The notes under the pieces: generated by a model
Told to the model about the DNA's origin: nothing
What the model saw: the letters and a program-made list of their open reading frames with translations, nothing else
The model's database searches: none
Position numbers and translations under genes: made by a program
Assembly: GCA_963751355.1 (NCBI GenBank)
Contig: CAVVVS010000077.1
Coordinates: forward strand, 1 to 64,000
DNA: 64,000 nucleotides
Direction of reading: 5' to 3'
Source of the DNA: an uncultured Ignavibacteriales bacterium
GTDB taxonomy: Bacteria > Bacteroidota > Ignavibacteria > Ignavibacteriales > Ignavibacteriaceae
Shown here: positions 49,589-60,659 of the stretch, in pieces
How positions within the stretch are numbered: position 1 is the first letter of the stretch
Layout: each line of letters starts with the position of its first letter

Positions 49589-50917
49589 CTACGTTTTATT
49601 GTATCTCCCTGCTCGAGGCAGATTTTCTAATTTCAAAACACCGCGCGGACAAACAGCGGCACATACTCCGCAGCCCACACATGATGAACGAATAATATTT
49701 TGTTTTCTTTGTGCGTACCATTTTATATCAATTCCCATCTCACAATATGTGGAGCAATTACCGCATGAAATACACTGATCGCCGTTTGTGGTGATCCTGA
49801 AACGGGAAAAGAATTTCTGCTGCATTCCTAAAATGGCAGCCATGGGACAGCCGAACCGGCACCAAACCCTGTTTCCTAAAATCGGATAAAATCCCACTCC
49901 CACAATGCCGGAAAACACTGCACCAATTATAAATCCGTATGCCGATGCAAAAGCTGCTGAAAGAGAACCAAGTAAGGTACCGTGTGTGGCGGAATTTAAC
50001 CAGAGTAGAGCAGTTGTAATTATAACGAATACAAGAACGGAATGAATCGACCATCTTTCAAACTTCCAGACTTTTAATGATTTGTTCGAAAGGTGCCTGA
50101 AAGGATCACCTGCGGTTTCCGCTAAGCCTCCGCACCCGCAGACCCATGAGCAGTACCATCTTTTACCGAAGAAATAAGTGAGAATGGGAGTGGCAATGAA
50201 CGTCATTGCGGCACCCCAAAATACCATGAAATATCCGAGAGCTGCGAAGTTGGACGTTAAAGTACTAATATGACTCGGAAATAAATAATTATATTTCAAA
50301 GGCCAGAAATATGTAAAATAATATTCGGGCTTATTTAATCTTTCCAGGAAAGCCGGTATTAAAAATGCAAAACCCAATTGAAAAAACATTACGGAAAAGG
50401 TTCTTATTAAATGATACTTGTTGTGCCTGTATTTGATCAACATTTTGACGCCCATTATTAAAATAGCCGTCGTATAAAAAGAACCGTACAAAAACCATTT
50501 GTCTGCAGGTTTATTTCTCAACAAGTGACTAACCGGATCAACCATTTTAATCCAGTTTTGAATAAGTCCGGGAAACCAATATAAAATTATATAAAATCCT
50601 GTGATTATTATTCCGAAGAACCAGGCAGGCATGCCGCGTGAAGTAAGGGTATTAAAAAATAATTTATCATTCTTTATTCCGGGTGGTGCTTCTTTTAATT
50701 GCTGAATGAAATAGGTAAGTGCTCCGGCGGTTATTAAACCAAAACTTAGTAGAAGAAGCAGAATGGGAAATTGTCCGGAAACACCGGTCAGACCAATCAA
50801 AAGGAAGAGTACACCGACAGCAAATATTCCCAATCCCACTTTTTTTATAAATGTTATTTTATCATTATGTTGATAAACTTGAAATGGTTGAAGTTGTATT
50901 GTATTCATATAAATCAA
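49589..50917 (-). CDS. Polytopic membrane protein with multiple 4Fe-4S ferredoxin motifs (NapH/MauN/NosR-like polyferredoxin)
   Basis: Multiple TM helices, followed by the cysteine clusters CSWVCGCGG, CISCGNCSTYC and CVGCGVCAAVCP. Confidence 0.6.
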   Translation of the reverse strand: MIYMNTIQLQPFQVYQHNDKITFIKKVGLGIFAVGVLFLLIGLTGVSGQFPILLLLLSFGLITAGALTYFIQQLKEAPPGIKNDKLFFNTLTSRGMPAWFFGIIITGFYIILYWFPGLIQNWIKMVDPVSHLLRNKPADKWFLYGSFYTTAILIMGVKMLIKYRHNKYHLIRTFSVMFFQLGFAFLIPAFLERLNKPEYYFTYFWPLKYNYLFPSHISTLTSNFAALGYFMVFWGAAMTFIATPILTYFFGKRWYCSWVCGCGGLAETAGDPFRHLSNKSLKVWKFERWSIHSVLVFVIITTALLWLNSATHGTLLGSLSAAFASAYGFIIGAVFSGIVGVGFYPILGNRVWCRFGCPMAAILGMQQKFFSRFRITTNGDQCISCGNCSTYCEMGIDIKWYAQRKQNIIRSSCVGCGVCAAVCPRGVLKLENLPRAGRYNKT

Positions 50918-51017
50918 TATTTTTTAATTTGCGTTAATCAGTTTAATCCGTGCCTGCCCGCCTAAGGCGATGTCATCTGTGTGCTATTTCTTGTCAAATA
51001 ATTTTCATATCATTAAC

Positions 51018-52346
51018 TCACGAAAACATTTTCAGTAAATTAGACCTTCGCTTCAAGACAATATTCTTCCCGGGATTTTCATTATTATACTTTTCCACGA
51101 TTTCTACTTCATGCTTAGTATAAAATTCGGGATCGAAATTTGCCTCTCTTAAATTTTCCATTACATAATCGATTGACTTTTTCTGCAAAATCCATCTTTC
51201 GCAAACTTTATGACGCAGTCTCATTCCAAAGACATTAAATCCTTTAACATGCCGGCTTAATGAATCAAAAACTATCCGGATGCATTTTTTCCCGCCTGGA
51301 TGTTCCCAGTAAAATGATTCTTCACCTTCCCGCGGAACGTTACTAACAAATCCGTAGGTTTGATACTCGATATCGAGAAACTTTGCCGAGTTGTACCACA
51401 CACCGCGTTCGTATTTTGTTTTGTTACCGAGAATATTCTGTGCTAAAACTTCGCCCTGCATTTTTCCTGTGTACCAGAGTTGTTCTATTGCATGTCTTTC
51501 GCGTTCGGGATAGATAATTTCCGCACAATCTCCTGCAGAGTAAACATCCGGAATATTCGTTTCCAGATACTCATTAACCAATATACCGCGGTTGATTTTT
51601 ATATTTGTATTTTTAACCAGATCAATATTTGGATGAACACCGGGTGTAAGTCCCACAAACTGACAGGGAATTTCTTCACCGTTTTCAGTAATTACGGATT
51701 TTACCCTGCCGTTTTCTCCGGGAAGAATTTCCTTTAATTGGGTATTTAATTTTAAATCGAAGCCGTGTTCCAGTATATGTCTGCTAACAATTACAGCTTC
51801 TTCCTGCGGCAGAATATTATTCCAATAATAATTTTCTCTGACCAAAAATGTAATATGTATGTTGCGCGAGTGGAGCATTTCTGCCAATTCAATTCCAATT
51901 AAACCGCCGCCCACGATTACTGCATGAGTAATGTTTTTAGTATTATCCTCCAGCAAATCCAGATCCGGTTTTGAATATAAACCTTGAACACCCGGCAGAT
52001 CCTGTCCTTTCCATCCGAATTTATTTGTTTGTGAACCCGTTGCAACCACAAGTTTATCGTAAGTAATTGAAGTGTTGTTATCCAGATTTATTTTTTTTGA
52101 ACCGGTATCTATTGAAGTAACAAATGCGTGTACAAGTTTAATTCTATTCTTTTGCCAGAACCAGTCTTCATACGGTTTAATGTTTTCAAATTTCATGTGC
52201 CCCATGTAAACATACATTAGAGCAGTTCTCGAAAAAAAGTGTTCTGTTTCAGAAGAGATAACGGTAATTTTCATATCGCTTTTTTTTCGGACGTGGCGGG
52301 CACAGGTTATCCCTGTTATCCCGTTCCCGATTATTACAAGATGCAT
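51018..52346 (-). CDS. FAD/NAD(P)-dependent pyridine nucleotide-disulfide family oxidoreductase
   Basis: N-terminal GxGxxG (VIIGNGITG), a second Rossmann motif (VIVGGGLIGIE) and an extra C-terminal domain. Confidence 0.7.
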   Translation of the reverse strand: MHLVIIGNGITGITCARHVRKKSDMKITVISSETEHFFSRTALMYVYMGHMKFENIKPYEDWFWQKNRIKLVHAFVTSIDTGSKKINLDNNTSITYDKLVVATGSQTNKFGWKGQDLPGVQGLYSKPDLDLLEDNTKNITHAVIVGGGLIGIELAEMLHSRNIHITFLVRENYYWNNILPQEEAVIVSRHILEHGFDLKLNTQLKEILPGENGRVKSVITENGEEIPCQFVGLTPGVHPNIDLVKNTNIKINRGILVNEYLETNIPDVYSAGDCAEIIYPERERHAIEQLWYTGKMQGEVLAQNILGNKTKYERGVWYNSAKFLDIEYQTYGFVSNVPREGEESFYWEHPGGKKCIRIVFDSLSRHVKGFNVFGMRLRHKVCERWILQKKSIDYVMENLREANFDPEFYTKHEVEIVEKYNNENPGKNIVLKRRSNLLKMFS

Positions 52347-52803
52347 AAAGATTCTCCGGCAAAATTGTGGGAAGAAAATTACATTACAAACTTCAGGTAA
52401 AAAAGTAAGAAATCAATTTAAAAATGAATGTCGCCTAAATGACATAACCATAAAAAATAAAGTATTGTATCAGTAATGTAAATTAAAAAATTGAAAGATT
52501 ACAAATTAAAAGATTGAACATTGAGAGATCATATATCATTTTAATTTTTGTCTCTTATTTTAGTTCATTCCTCAGCTGGAAAAATAAAGTTGATAAAAGA
52601 ATTGATAAGTAAATCTATGTTGAAGATTAAGAATATACAATCATTCAATTAAATACTCATTGTAATTGCATACTGTATATTGCCAATTACCTGTTTAGTG
52701 TAATACTTTTATTGGAATAACAATCCTTCAAACCTGTTGCCTATTCCCAAATGAATGGATAAATTAATTAGAGGGATATAAAAAATTTCCAACATATAAA
52801 AGG

Positions 52804-54888
52804 GTGCGGCAATTGACTTTCAAACGCATAGTTCCCTGGTTCCTTTTCATAATTGTTTTTATCCTGCTGTACTACACTTCTTATCCTTCATTGGGGTGGT
52901 GGGACAGCGGCGCTTATGCTTCCAACGCATTCAATTTTAGTATTCCTTCTCCTGGCGGATCGATTCTTTATGTTTTACTGGGAAGAGTCTTTACAATGCT
53001 TTTCTTTTTTTTACCTGCAATTAAGGCGATAACACTTGTTAGTATTATTTCGACAGCCTTGGCATCTGTTTTCATGTACTACACATTTCTGATGATTTTT
53101 GATAATTTACAATTGAAAACTTCTGATTCGCTAAAGGTTATTTCATCATTTTTCACTGCTCTTGCACTCCCTTTTTTATACAGTATTTGGATTGAGTCGA
53201 ACGTATCTAGAGTTTATGTTCTAGGATTATTAATAACGAGTATTCTAGTTTACTGTTCAATAAAGATCTGGTTCTCTGAAAATGAAAAAGAGAAAGTAAG
53301 ACTAATCTTTTTAACAGCATTTTTAATCGGCATTGATTTTTCAGCTCACCGTTTAAATACTCCGTTTATTCCGGTTGTTTTACTTCTTTTAATTTTTTCT
53401 CTAAGAAAAGAATTAACAAGCATTAGATTTTGGATTATTCTTGCGGGCATGTATTTGGCAGGTTTATCGCTTAATCTATTTATACTGATTCGCTCTCCGC
53501 TACATCCGCCGGTTTCAATGGACGATGTACAAAATTTTTCGCAGTTGTTTGCTTGGATAAATATGAAACGTTTCGGGCAGTCCAACTTCTCTATACTATT
53601 TGATCGAAGGGCTCCGTTTTGGAGTTACCAGATTGATTATATGTACCTTCGTTATTTCGGTTGGAATTTTTTGGGTACCAACGGGGGCGGAATATTTGGT
53701 TCATTGTACCTATCATATCTTCCGTTTCTTTTGGGAATAATCGGGTTTGTATACAGCTTAATAAAAAGATTTAAACTCTGGATTTTAATTTTTATCACTT
53801 TTTTCTTCTTTTCATTCGGATTAGTTTTCTATTCCAATATTCAAGAGGGATTTCATCATATAAGAGAAATTGACCGTTTGTTTATCCCATCGTTTTTTGT
53901 TTTTATGCTCTGGGTGGGATTAGGACTTTACTTTTTGTTTATAATGATTAAAGTCGTATTACAGAAAGTAAATTTTAAAAGAAGTACAGCTTTCATAATT
54001 ACAATTGTATTCGGATTTACTATTCTTCCTTTAAATCTTATTTCAACAAATTGGTGGAAATGTAACAGACACGGCTATTATTTCCCTTATGATTTTGCAT
54101 ATAACCTTTTGATTAGCTGCAAAAAAAATGCGGTTCTTTTTACAAACGGAGATAACGATACTTTTCCTTTGTGGTGCCTTCAAAGCGTTGATGATGTTCG
54201 TACCGATATAGCCGTAATTAACGTAGGATTAATGAATACAAATTTTTATGTCGAACAGCTGCAAAGGAAATACAAACTGTTTCCGGAAAATTCTGATATA
54301 TTAAATCCTGAAGAATTTAGACCCTCACTTCTCGATTCAGCTATGGAAATTAAAATTTATGGGAAAGATTCAGTTGGACAAAAAAAATATCGGGATACTT
54401 TAAGAGTTCAATTTAACGGAAGGAGTTTCGGGAAAAAGCATGGATTACTTCCGCAGGATAAAGCTTTAATTACTTTTCTGGAAAATAACGGCTGGAAGAA
54501 ACCTGTTTATTTCGCATCGACGGTGTACCAGGGAAATCTGGTTGGTTTATCGAATTACATTGGGACGGCCGGGATGGTCGGAAAATTAACACCTGTTAAA
54601 GGAGATTCAATTTTAGCAGTGCAATTGGAAGACAATCTGCTAAAAAAATATCAATATAGAAATTTCAATAATCCTAATGTTTATGTTGATAGAGTGACGA
54701 AATCTTTATTTAATAATTATAGAAATGAATTTGTGCTTTTAGCAAGATATTATTTACAAAAAGGTAACAAAGAAGATGCATTAAAAGTACTTGATATAAT
54801 GCAAGCTAAACTGCCTGATTGGATATTTACTAAAGAGCAAAATCGATATATAGATAATTTTAAGAAATCATTTATCAATAAAAAATAA
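52804..54888 (+). CDS. DUF2723-family GT-C-like membrane protein (PMT/ArnT-like)
   Basis: N-terminal WWDSGAYASNAF...PSPGGSILY block, which resembles the DUF2723 WD.GE...HPPGYPL motif. About 11 TM helices plus a soluble C-terminus. Confidence 0.5.
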   Translation: MRQLTFKRIVPWFLFIIVFILLYYTSYPSLGWWDSGAYASNAFNFSIPSPGGSILYVLLGRVFTMLFFFLPAIKAITLVSIISTALASVFMYYTFLMIFDNLQLKTSDSLKVISSFFTALALPFLYSIWIESNVSRVYVLGLLITSILVYCSIKIWFSENEKEKVRLIFLTAFLIGIDFSAHRLNTPFIPVVLLLLIFSLRKELTSIRFWIILAGMYLAGLSLNLFILIRSPLHPPVSMDDVQNFSQLFAWINMKRFGQSNFSILFDRRAPFWSYQIDYMYLRYFGWNFLGTNGGGIFGSLYLSYLPFLLGIIGFVYSLIKRFKLWILIFITFFFFSFGLVFYSNIQEGFHHIREIDRLFIPSFFVFMLWVGLGLYFLFIMIKVVLQKVNFKRSTAFIITIVFGFTILPLNLISTNWWKCNRHGYYFPYDFAYNLLISCKKNAVLFTNGDNDTFPLWCLQSVDDVRTDIAVINVGLMNTNFYVEQLQRKYKLFPENSDILNPEEFRPSLLDSAMEIKIYGKDSVGQKKYRDTLRVQFNGRSFGKKHGLLPQDKALITFLENNGWKKPVYFASTVYQGNLVGLSNYIGTAGMVGKLTPVKGDSILAVQLEDNLLKKYQYRNFNNPNVYVDRVTKSLFNNYRNEFVLLARYYLQKGNKEDALKVLDIMQAKLPDWIFTKEQNRYIDNFKKSFINKK

Positions 54889-54890
54889 TC

Positions 54891-56075
54891 TCATTTTCTT
54901 ATAATTCGATACCTTAACCTTTGCATCCAAACAGGCGGTTCTTTAGAAGCAATATCAATTCCTACTGCAATGACTAAAACCGCACCGCGAACAACCAATT
55001 GTATCCAATTAGGTAAACTCGTATAATCCATTCCCTGTATTACGGTAGCCATCACCAGTCCGCCAAGAAAAGTACCTAGAATAGTTCCTCTTCCGCCCAT
55101 CAGACTTGTCCCGCCGATTACAACTGCAGCTATCGCATAAAGCTCATAAAACTCGCCGGCATTTTTTGTTGAGCCCTGATTCTGCGCCATCCAGAGAACG
55201 CCTGCGATGCCTGCCAATAAACCCATTATAGCAAATGATGCAACGATGTTTCTTTCTACTTTTATTCCGGATAATCTTGCAGCTTCCGTATTTCCGCCTA
55301 TTGCATAAATGCGCCTTCCGAGTTTTGTGTACTTTGCAGCAATGAAAAGCAAAACAAACACGATAACCATTATTAATGTTTGATAAGGAATTCCTCTGTA
55401 TTGTCCGACTTTATAGACAAAGCCCAAAATTATCAAAGAAAGAAGAGCAATTTTTAATAAGGTAACCGGCTGGGAATCGGTTGGAAGATTTAAACTTTTC
55501 TTTTTTATTTTTCCCCTGATGATAAATACAGCCACAACAGCACACGAAACAATTCCAATTATCCATCCCCAGGAAGGGGAGATATAATTAAAACCTAAAG
55601 AAGTTACCCAGCTTTTATCGGGTATCCGAGGATCGTATGCACTTACCTGCTGCGTGATTCCGCGGAATATAAATAAACCGCCAAGTGTAACTATGAATGA
55701 GGGAATTCGGAAATAAGCAGTAAGTATTCCCTGGAAAAATCCTAGAAACGTTCCGATTGCAAGAGCAATTGGAACAGCAATATAACCGGGCAGTCCTAGA
55801 CCGAAATCAGTATTCATCATTAATGCGCATGAAGCAGCAACCAGTCCAAGTAATGAGCCGACCGAAAGGTCAATATTCCCGGATATTATAATCAATGTCA
55901 TTCCGCCGGCAAGAATAGTCCAGCTGACCATATCCCTGCTGAGTTTGGCGATGCTTTCACCGCTGAAATAAAAACCGCCTACTTCCAGGCGGAAGAATAT
56001 CCACATTACAATTAATATCATGAACATGGAAAGCATACGGAAATTAATTTTAACACCTTTATTTATTTGCTTCAT
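54891..56075 (-). CDS. xylH: Sugar ABC transporter permease (XylH/RbsC family)
   Basis: About 10 TM helices in operon with the ATPase. The stop and the ATPase start overlap (ATGA). Confidence 0.6.
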   Translation of the reverse strand: MKQINKGVKINFRMLSMFMILIVMWIFFRLEVGGFYFSGESIAKLSRDMVSWTILAGGMTLIIISGNIDLSVGSLLGLVAASCALMMNTDFGLGLPGYIAVPIALAIGTFLGFFQGILTAYFRIPSFIVTLGGLFIFRGITQQVSAYDPRIPDKSWVTSLGFNYISPSWGWIIGIVSCAVVAVFIIRGKIKKKSLNLPTDSQPVTLLKIALLSLIILGFVYKVGQYRGIPYQTLIMVIVFVLLFIAAKYTKLGRRIYAIGGNTEAARLSGIKVERNIVASFAIMGLLAGIAGVLWMAQNQGSTKNAGEFYELYAIAAVVIGGTSLMGGRGTILGTFLGGLVMATVIQGMDYTSLPNWIQLVVRGAVLVIAVGIDIASKEPPVWMQRLRYRIIRK

Positions 56076-57598
56076 GTAGCAATCTCCATAATTTTTTCCT
56101 GTGTTGCTTCTTCCCCGGAAAATTCTCCGCTGATTTTTCCTCGTCTCAGTACAATTATTCTGTCACAAATTCCCAGTATTTCCGGTAATTCGCTGGAAAC
56201 AGCAATGATACATACTCCTTGTTTTTTCAATTCGTTAATTAGCTGATAAATCTCAACTTTAGCCCCGACGTCAATTCCCCTGGTCGGTTCATCAAGAAAT
56301 AAAATTTTTGGTTTGTTCAACAGCCATTTACCCAAAACTATCTTTTGCTGATTACCGCCGGATAAAGTTTCCGAAAGTACATTTAAGGAAACCGCGCGAA
56401 TTGAAAGTTGATCGAATATTTCTTTGCACTCCTTATATTCTTTATGTGTATCGATGAAACCTTTATTTTCGAAATAATCGAGTTTAACCATTGACAAATT
56501 TTCTAAAATAGGCAGACCAAGTACCAGACCCATGTTTTTGCGGTCTTCCGGTACAAGCGCAATACCGGACCTAATCGCATCCGGAGGATACTTCAACTTG
56601 CTCTTTTTATTCTCTAAAAAAATTTCACCCGATTTCATCATCCCCGGCGGATCACCAAAAATAGATAATAACAATTCCGATCTGCCTGCTCCCATTAATC
56701 CTGAAATACCAAGTACTTCGCCTTCTTTTGCAGAAAATGAAACATCATCCAGAATCAATCGACCTTTAATGACGGGATCTTCAACAGTTAAATTTTTTAC
56801 CTCTAAAACGACTTTACCGGGAGAGGATTTGATACGGGGGTACATATCTGTTAATTCTCTGCCGACCATATATTTAATTAAATCATGTTTGTTTAAATTA
56901 TTAACGTCATCGGTCGCAATACTTTTACCATCGCGTAATACGGTTACTCTATCCGCAATTTGAAAAACTTCATCCAGTTTGTGAGAGATGTATATCATAG
57001 CAGTGCCGCTGTCACGAAGCTTTTTCATTATGGAAAATAAAAGTTCTGTCTCCGTTTCCGAAAGGGCAGCAGTTGGTTCATCAAGGACGAGTATGCTGCT
57101 TTTTTTTCGAAGTGCTTTGGCAATTTCCACAAGCTGCTGCTCGCCAATCCCCAGGTTACTTACTTCTTCTTTTACATCAATATTAAATCCATACTTATCA
57201 ACAAGTGACTGCGACGAGCCGTAAATAAAATTCCAATCGATTAAACCAAACTGAGATGGCTCATCTCCCAAATAAATATTTTCGGCTGCTGATAAATAGT
57301 TAACCAACGCCAATTCCTGGTGGATTACAGAAATACCGGCTTTTTCCGAATCAAGAACATTTTTAAAAACAGATTCTTCTCCGTTTTGAAATATTTTTCC
57401 TGAATATTGACCGTGCGGATAAACGCCTCCGAGAATTTTCATAAGAGTCGATTTGCCTGCACCGTTTTCTCCAACCAGTGCGTGTATCTCATTAGGTAAA
57501 ACAGAGAAAGATACTTTATCAAGTGCTCGAACCCCGGGGAATTCTTTAGAGATATCCTTCATTTCAAGAAGGGGAAGATTTGAGGGAGACTCTAACAT
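56072..57598 (-). CDS. xylG: Sugar ABC transporter ATP-binding protein (duplicated ABC domains, XylG/RbsA family)
   Basis: Two sets of Walker A/LSGG motifs (GENGAGKST / LSGGNQQK). Confidence 0.7.
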   Translation of the reverse strand: MLESPSNLPLLEMKDISKEFPGVRALDKVSFSVLPNEIHALVGENGAGKSTLMKILGGVYPHGQYSGKIFQNGEESVFKNVLDSEKAGISVIHQELALVNYLSAAENIYLGDEPSQFGLIDWNFIYGSSQSLVDKYGFNIDVKEEVSNLGIGEQQLVEIAKALRKKSSILVLDEPTAALSETETELLFSIMKKLRDSGTAMIYISHKLDEVFQIADRVTVLRDGKSIATDDVNNLNKHDLIKYMVGRELTDMYPRIKSSPGKVVLEVKNLTVEDPVIKGRLILDDVSFSAKEGEVLGISGLMGAGRSELLLSIFGDPPGMMKSGEIFLENKKSKLKYPPDAIRSGIALVPEDRKNMGLVLGLPILENLSMVKLDYFENKGFIDTHKEYKECKEIFDQLSIRAVSLNVLSETLSGGNQQKIVLGKWLLNKPKILFLDEPTRGIDVGAKVEIYQLINELKKQGVCIIAVSSELPEILGICDRIIVLRRGKISGEFSGEEATQEKIMEIAT

Positions 57599-57627
57599 TT
57601 ATAATTCCAGTTCATATTAGTTATGGC

Positions 57628-58755
57628 TCAATGGTTTGTACTATCCGGATTAACCTCCGGCCACTGATCTTTGGGAATATTTGCATACACGTTTTTTAAC
57701 TTATGCCAACCATCTATAACAACAGTATTAATCAGGTTTTCTTTATTCACCAAAATTGGGGTAAGAAAGATTGAGGGCACTTCCTTGTAACCGTTATTTA
57801 TGTGCTGTACTTTATAACCAAGAGATTTTATAATTTCTTCCGGCTTTTCACCCTTTGCCATTCTTACAATGATTTCGGCAGAAGTTTCGGCAAGTTTTTT
57901 GATTGGTTTATAAACCGTAACAGTTTGAGTCCCTTCGGCAATTCTTTGACAAGCAGTTAACTCGGCATCCTGTCCGGATACCGCAACTTTTCCCTGAAGA
58001 TTTTCAGCCATGAGTGCGGCTACAACACCGCCTGCGGTTGCATCATTTGAGGCTACAATTGCATCAACTCTTTTTCCTTCGGCTTTAAATTTTGTAAGAA
58101 GATTACTTATTTTTCGCCGTGCTTCTTCTCTATCCCAATTATCCAAGAAAGGATCTGCTAAAATATTAATCTTTTTACCAGTTTTTTGTTCGTACTCTTT
58201 TATCGCTCGCAATTGACCTTGCCTCAAAAGTTTTGCATTGTTATCCGAGGAAGCACCTCCCAACAAAATATAATTTCCTTGCGGAACCTTTTGCAGAATT
58301 CCTTCTGCCTGTAGATAACCAACTTTTTCATTGTCGAAAGTAACATATACATCTAAGTCACAATCTACTATCAGGCGATCGTATGCAAGAACCGGTACTT
58401 TATTTTCGTGTGCGATTTTAATAATTCGTGCGGCTGTTTTGAGATTTTTCGGAATTACTACAAGTCCGTTTACACCCTGCGTTATAAAGTTGCTTGCCTG
58501 GTCGTTTTGCCGGTTTTGATCGCCGTCTGCAACAGCTCTCAATACTTCCGCATCTAAAGAGTTAGCTTTATTGGTAAAGTACGTTTCATCCCTTTTCCAT
58601 CTATCCAGGTTAAAGGTTTCCATTAAAAGACCGATTTTAACAGAATACTTTTTCTTAGTTTGCTCTTTTGAATTTTTATTACTGCAGTGGAAATTTACGA
58701 GTCCGATAATACCGGTTAATACAACCAGGATTAAACTTATTTTGAGTTTACGCAA
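57628..58755 (-). CDS. xylF: D-xylose-type ABC transporter substrate-binding lipoprotein
   Basis: Strong block similarity to XylF (YDRLI.D.D.D.YV.FDNEKVG, DAIVASNDATAGG, SGQDAEL, GTQTVTVYKPI). Confidence 0.65.
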   Translation of the reverse strand: MRKLKISLILVVLTGIIGLVNFHCSNKNSKEQTKKKYSVKIGLLMETFNLDRWKRDETYFTNKANSLDAEVLRAVADGDQNRQNDQASNFITQGVNGLVVIPKNLKTAARIIKIAHENKVPVLAYDRLIVDCDLDVYVTFDNEKVGYLQAEGILQKVPQGNYILLGGASSDNNAKLLRQGQLRAIKEYEQKTGKKINILADPFLDNWDREEARRKISNLLTKFKAEGKRVDAIVASNDATAGGVVAALMAENLQGKVAVSGQDAELTACQRIAEGTQTVTVYKPIKKLAETSAEIIVRMAKGEKPEEIIKSLGYKVQHINNGYKEVPSIFLTPILVNKENLINTVVIDGWHKLKNVYANIPKDQWPEVNPDSTNH

Positions 58756-58915
58756 AACATACCTCCGGTGCGGGTGCTTAAATAATATTGGTTACAAATT
58801 TATAAAAAAGTGTATAAAATACAATATTTAATTTAGGAACCTGTGTTTGCAGCACTTTGGATATAATATGTGATGATTAAGGACTCAAGATTAAAAATCA
58901 TTTACTCTAAAAAGC

Positions 58916-60076
58916 TTAGTAAACACAAGAACGTGCCTGATCCGCAAAAGCTTTAACCAGTTCAACATCGGCATCAAAAAAATGATCCGAAGGAGAAAGA
59001 ATAAAACCCCCTCCTTCACCGGCTTCCTCAAAATATTTGTTCACGGCTTTTCGTGTTTCATCCGGCGTACAATCATTAAAGAAGTGATATTGATCGAATC
59101 CGCCGATCATGCATACCCGGTCTCCGATTCTTTTTTTTGCCTCCTTCAGATTCGTGTCGCCACCCATTTCTGGCGGTGTGAATGTTTCCATTGCATCGGG
59201 CCCCATATCAGCGAGCTTTTCAAGAATCGGCATCATTCCGCCGCATGTATGATAAACAACTTTTTGTCCGGCTTCGTGAGCAATATTAATTAATTCGGAA
59301 TCATAAGGAGCAACAAACTCTTCGAAAATAGCGGGTGAGATAACTGTTGTAGAAGCATCGCCGCCTCCATGTTCAATTATATCGTATTTAGCTCCTTTAA
59401 GCGATTGTATAAAAATTTTTTTCTTTTCAAAAAGAATTTTTAATAATGAGTGAACCCATTCCGGATCTTCAAAAGTCGCCATTATTAAATTTTCAATTCC
59501 ATAAAGCACTGCGGCATCCTGCCAGCAGCCCGACTGTCCGTAAACATCAAAGAAACTAATAAAGCCGCGAATTAAACCTCTATCACCATATGCTTCAGCC
59601 TGTTTGTTGATTTCTTGTACATCACATTTCGGAGATATAGCGTATTCGGCAATTATATCAATGTCAGTTTTGTTCTTAATTAATCTTTCCGAAACCCAGG
59701 ATGTGTATTCATTACTTTGCAGACTCATGTTAAGAGTTTTTTTCGGAGTGATAAAATTATAACGAATGGTTTCATAAGTATCGCTCGGAACTTGTTCGGA
59801 TTTTATTCTCCAGTTGTCCGATGATATTCTCCTGGCTTCAAGGTATCCTGGTACATGATCGGGATCATAATATTCACCTTTACTTTCATCCGGTTTATAA
59901 GCCTGTATCCAGTTGATGGGATCCAAACCAAAGTAATCAAAAAATTCCTGGTTGGAAATTCCGTTCATATATTTTTTTAGAAAGTAGGGCATAACATGAT
60001 GTGTTGTGACAGGAAGCCTGTCGGGAATTTCGTTGTTTAAAACTGCTAAAAATCTTTGCTTTGATGTCATTGACAT
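58916..60076 (-). CDS. Uroporphyrinogen-decarboxylase (URO-D) family protein, a putative corrinoid-dependent methyltransferase (MtaA/MtvB-like)
   Basis: N-terminal block TSKQRFLAVLNNEIPDRLPV. Length of about 385 aa. Confidence 0.55.
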   Translation of the reverse strand: MSMTSKQRFLAVLNNEIPDRLPVTTHHVMPYFLKKYMNGISNQEFFDYFGLDPINWIQAYKPDESKGEYYDPDHVPGYLEARRISSDNWRIKSEQVPSDTYETIRYNFITPKKTLNMSLQSNEYTSWVSERLIKNKTDIDIIAEYAISPKCDVQEINKQAEAYGDRGLIRGFISFFDVYGQSGCWQDAAVLYGIENLIMATFEDPEWVHSLLKILFEKKKIFIQSLKGAKYDIIEHGGGDASTTVISPAIFEEFVAPYDSELINIAHEAGQKVVYHTCGGMMPILEKLADMGPDAMETFTPPEMGGDTNLKEAKKRIGDRVCMIGGFDQYHFFNDCTPDETRKAVNKYFEEAGEGGGFILSPSDHFFDADVELVKAFADQARSCVY

Positions 60077-60091
60077 TTGATTCTCTCTGTT

Positions 60092-60634
60092 TTAGTCTAT
60101 AACCGGGATTCGTTTTATATTCGGATCTGTCCAGATATCTTTTTCATCGATACTTTTCGAAGAAAATTCAGAAACAACCGCACCGTTGTCGCCTGCTTGA
60201 AACCAGTGTAATGTGTTGGGGGGAATAGTAAACTGCTCACCCGGTTTCAGTATTTTTTCATTCCACACAGTGAAGTAATTCTTGTACTTTGGCGGAATTT
60301 CGGCTTTGGGATTATCACATGGTTTTCCTTGTATATAAAGATAAACTTCCCCCCACCTGCATCTGAATGTTTCTTGTTTACCAATGTTTGTACTATTAAT
60401 AGGAGGATGTCTATGCTCGGGACATGTTTGCCGCGGAAAGAGCACTAATTCCTTTGCGCAGTATTTATCATTATTTTCATATATAACAAGCTGCAATCCC
60501 ATTGTTTCTATATCATCTAAACCGAAATCGGCAACCTCCAAATTTTCTTTTTCTTTGGCGGTTAAAATAATATTAGCTTTCTTCAAGTACTCTGCCGTTC
60601 GTTCTCTAATTTTTTTAACATCTTCTAATTTCAT
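60092..60634 (-). CDS. Cupin-fold D-lyxose/D-mannose-type sugar isomerase
   Basis: Motifs KELVLFPRQTCPEHRHPP, GEVYLYIQG and FTIPPNTLHWFQAG are typical of D-lyxose ketol-isomerase. Confidence 0.55.
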   Translation of the reverse strand: MKLEDVKKIRERTAEYLKKANIILTAKEKENLEVADFGLDDIETMGLQLVIYENNDKYCAKELVLFPRQTCPEHRHPPINSTNIGKQETFRCRWGEVYLYIQGKPCDNPKAEIPPKYKNYFTVWNEKILKPGEQFTIPPNTLHWFQAGDNGAVVSEFSSKSIDEKDIWTDPNIKRIPVID

Positions 60635-60659
60635 TTTATCCTCCTTAAAATCTCTATAC

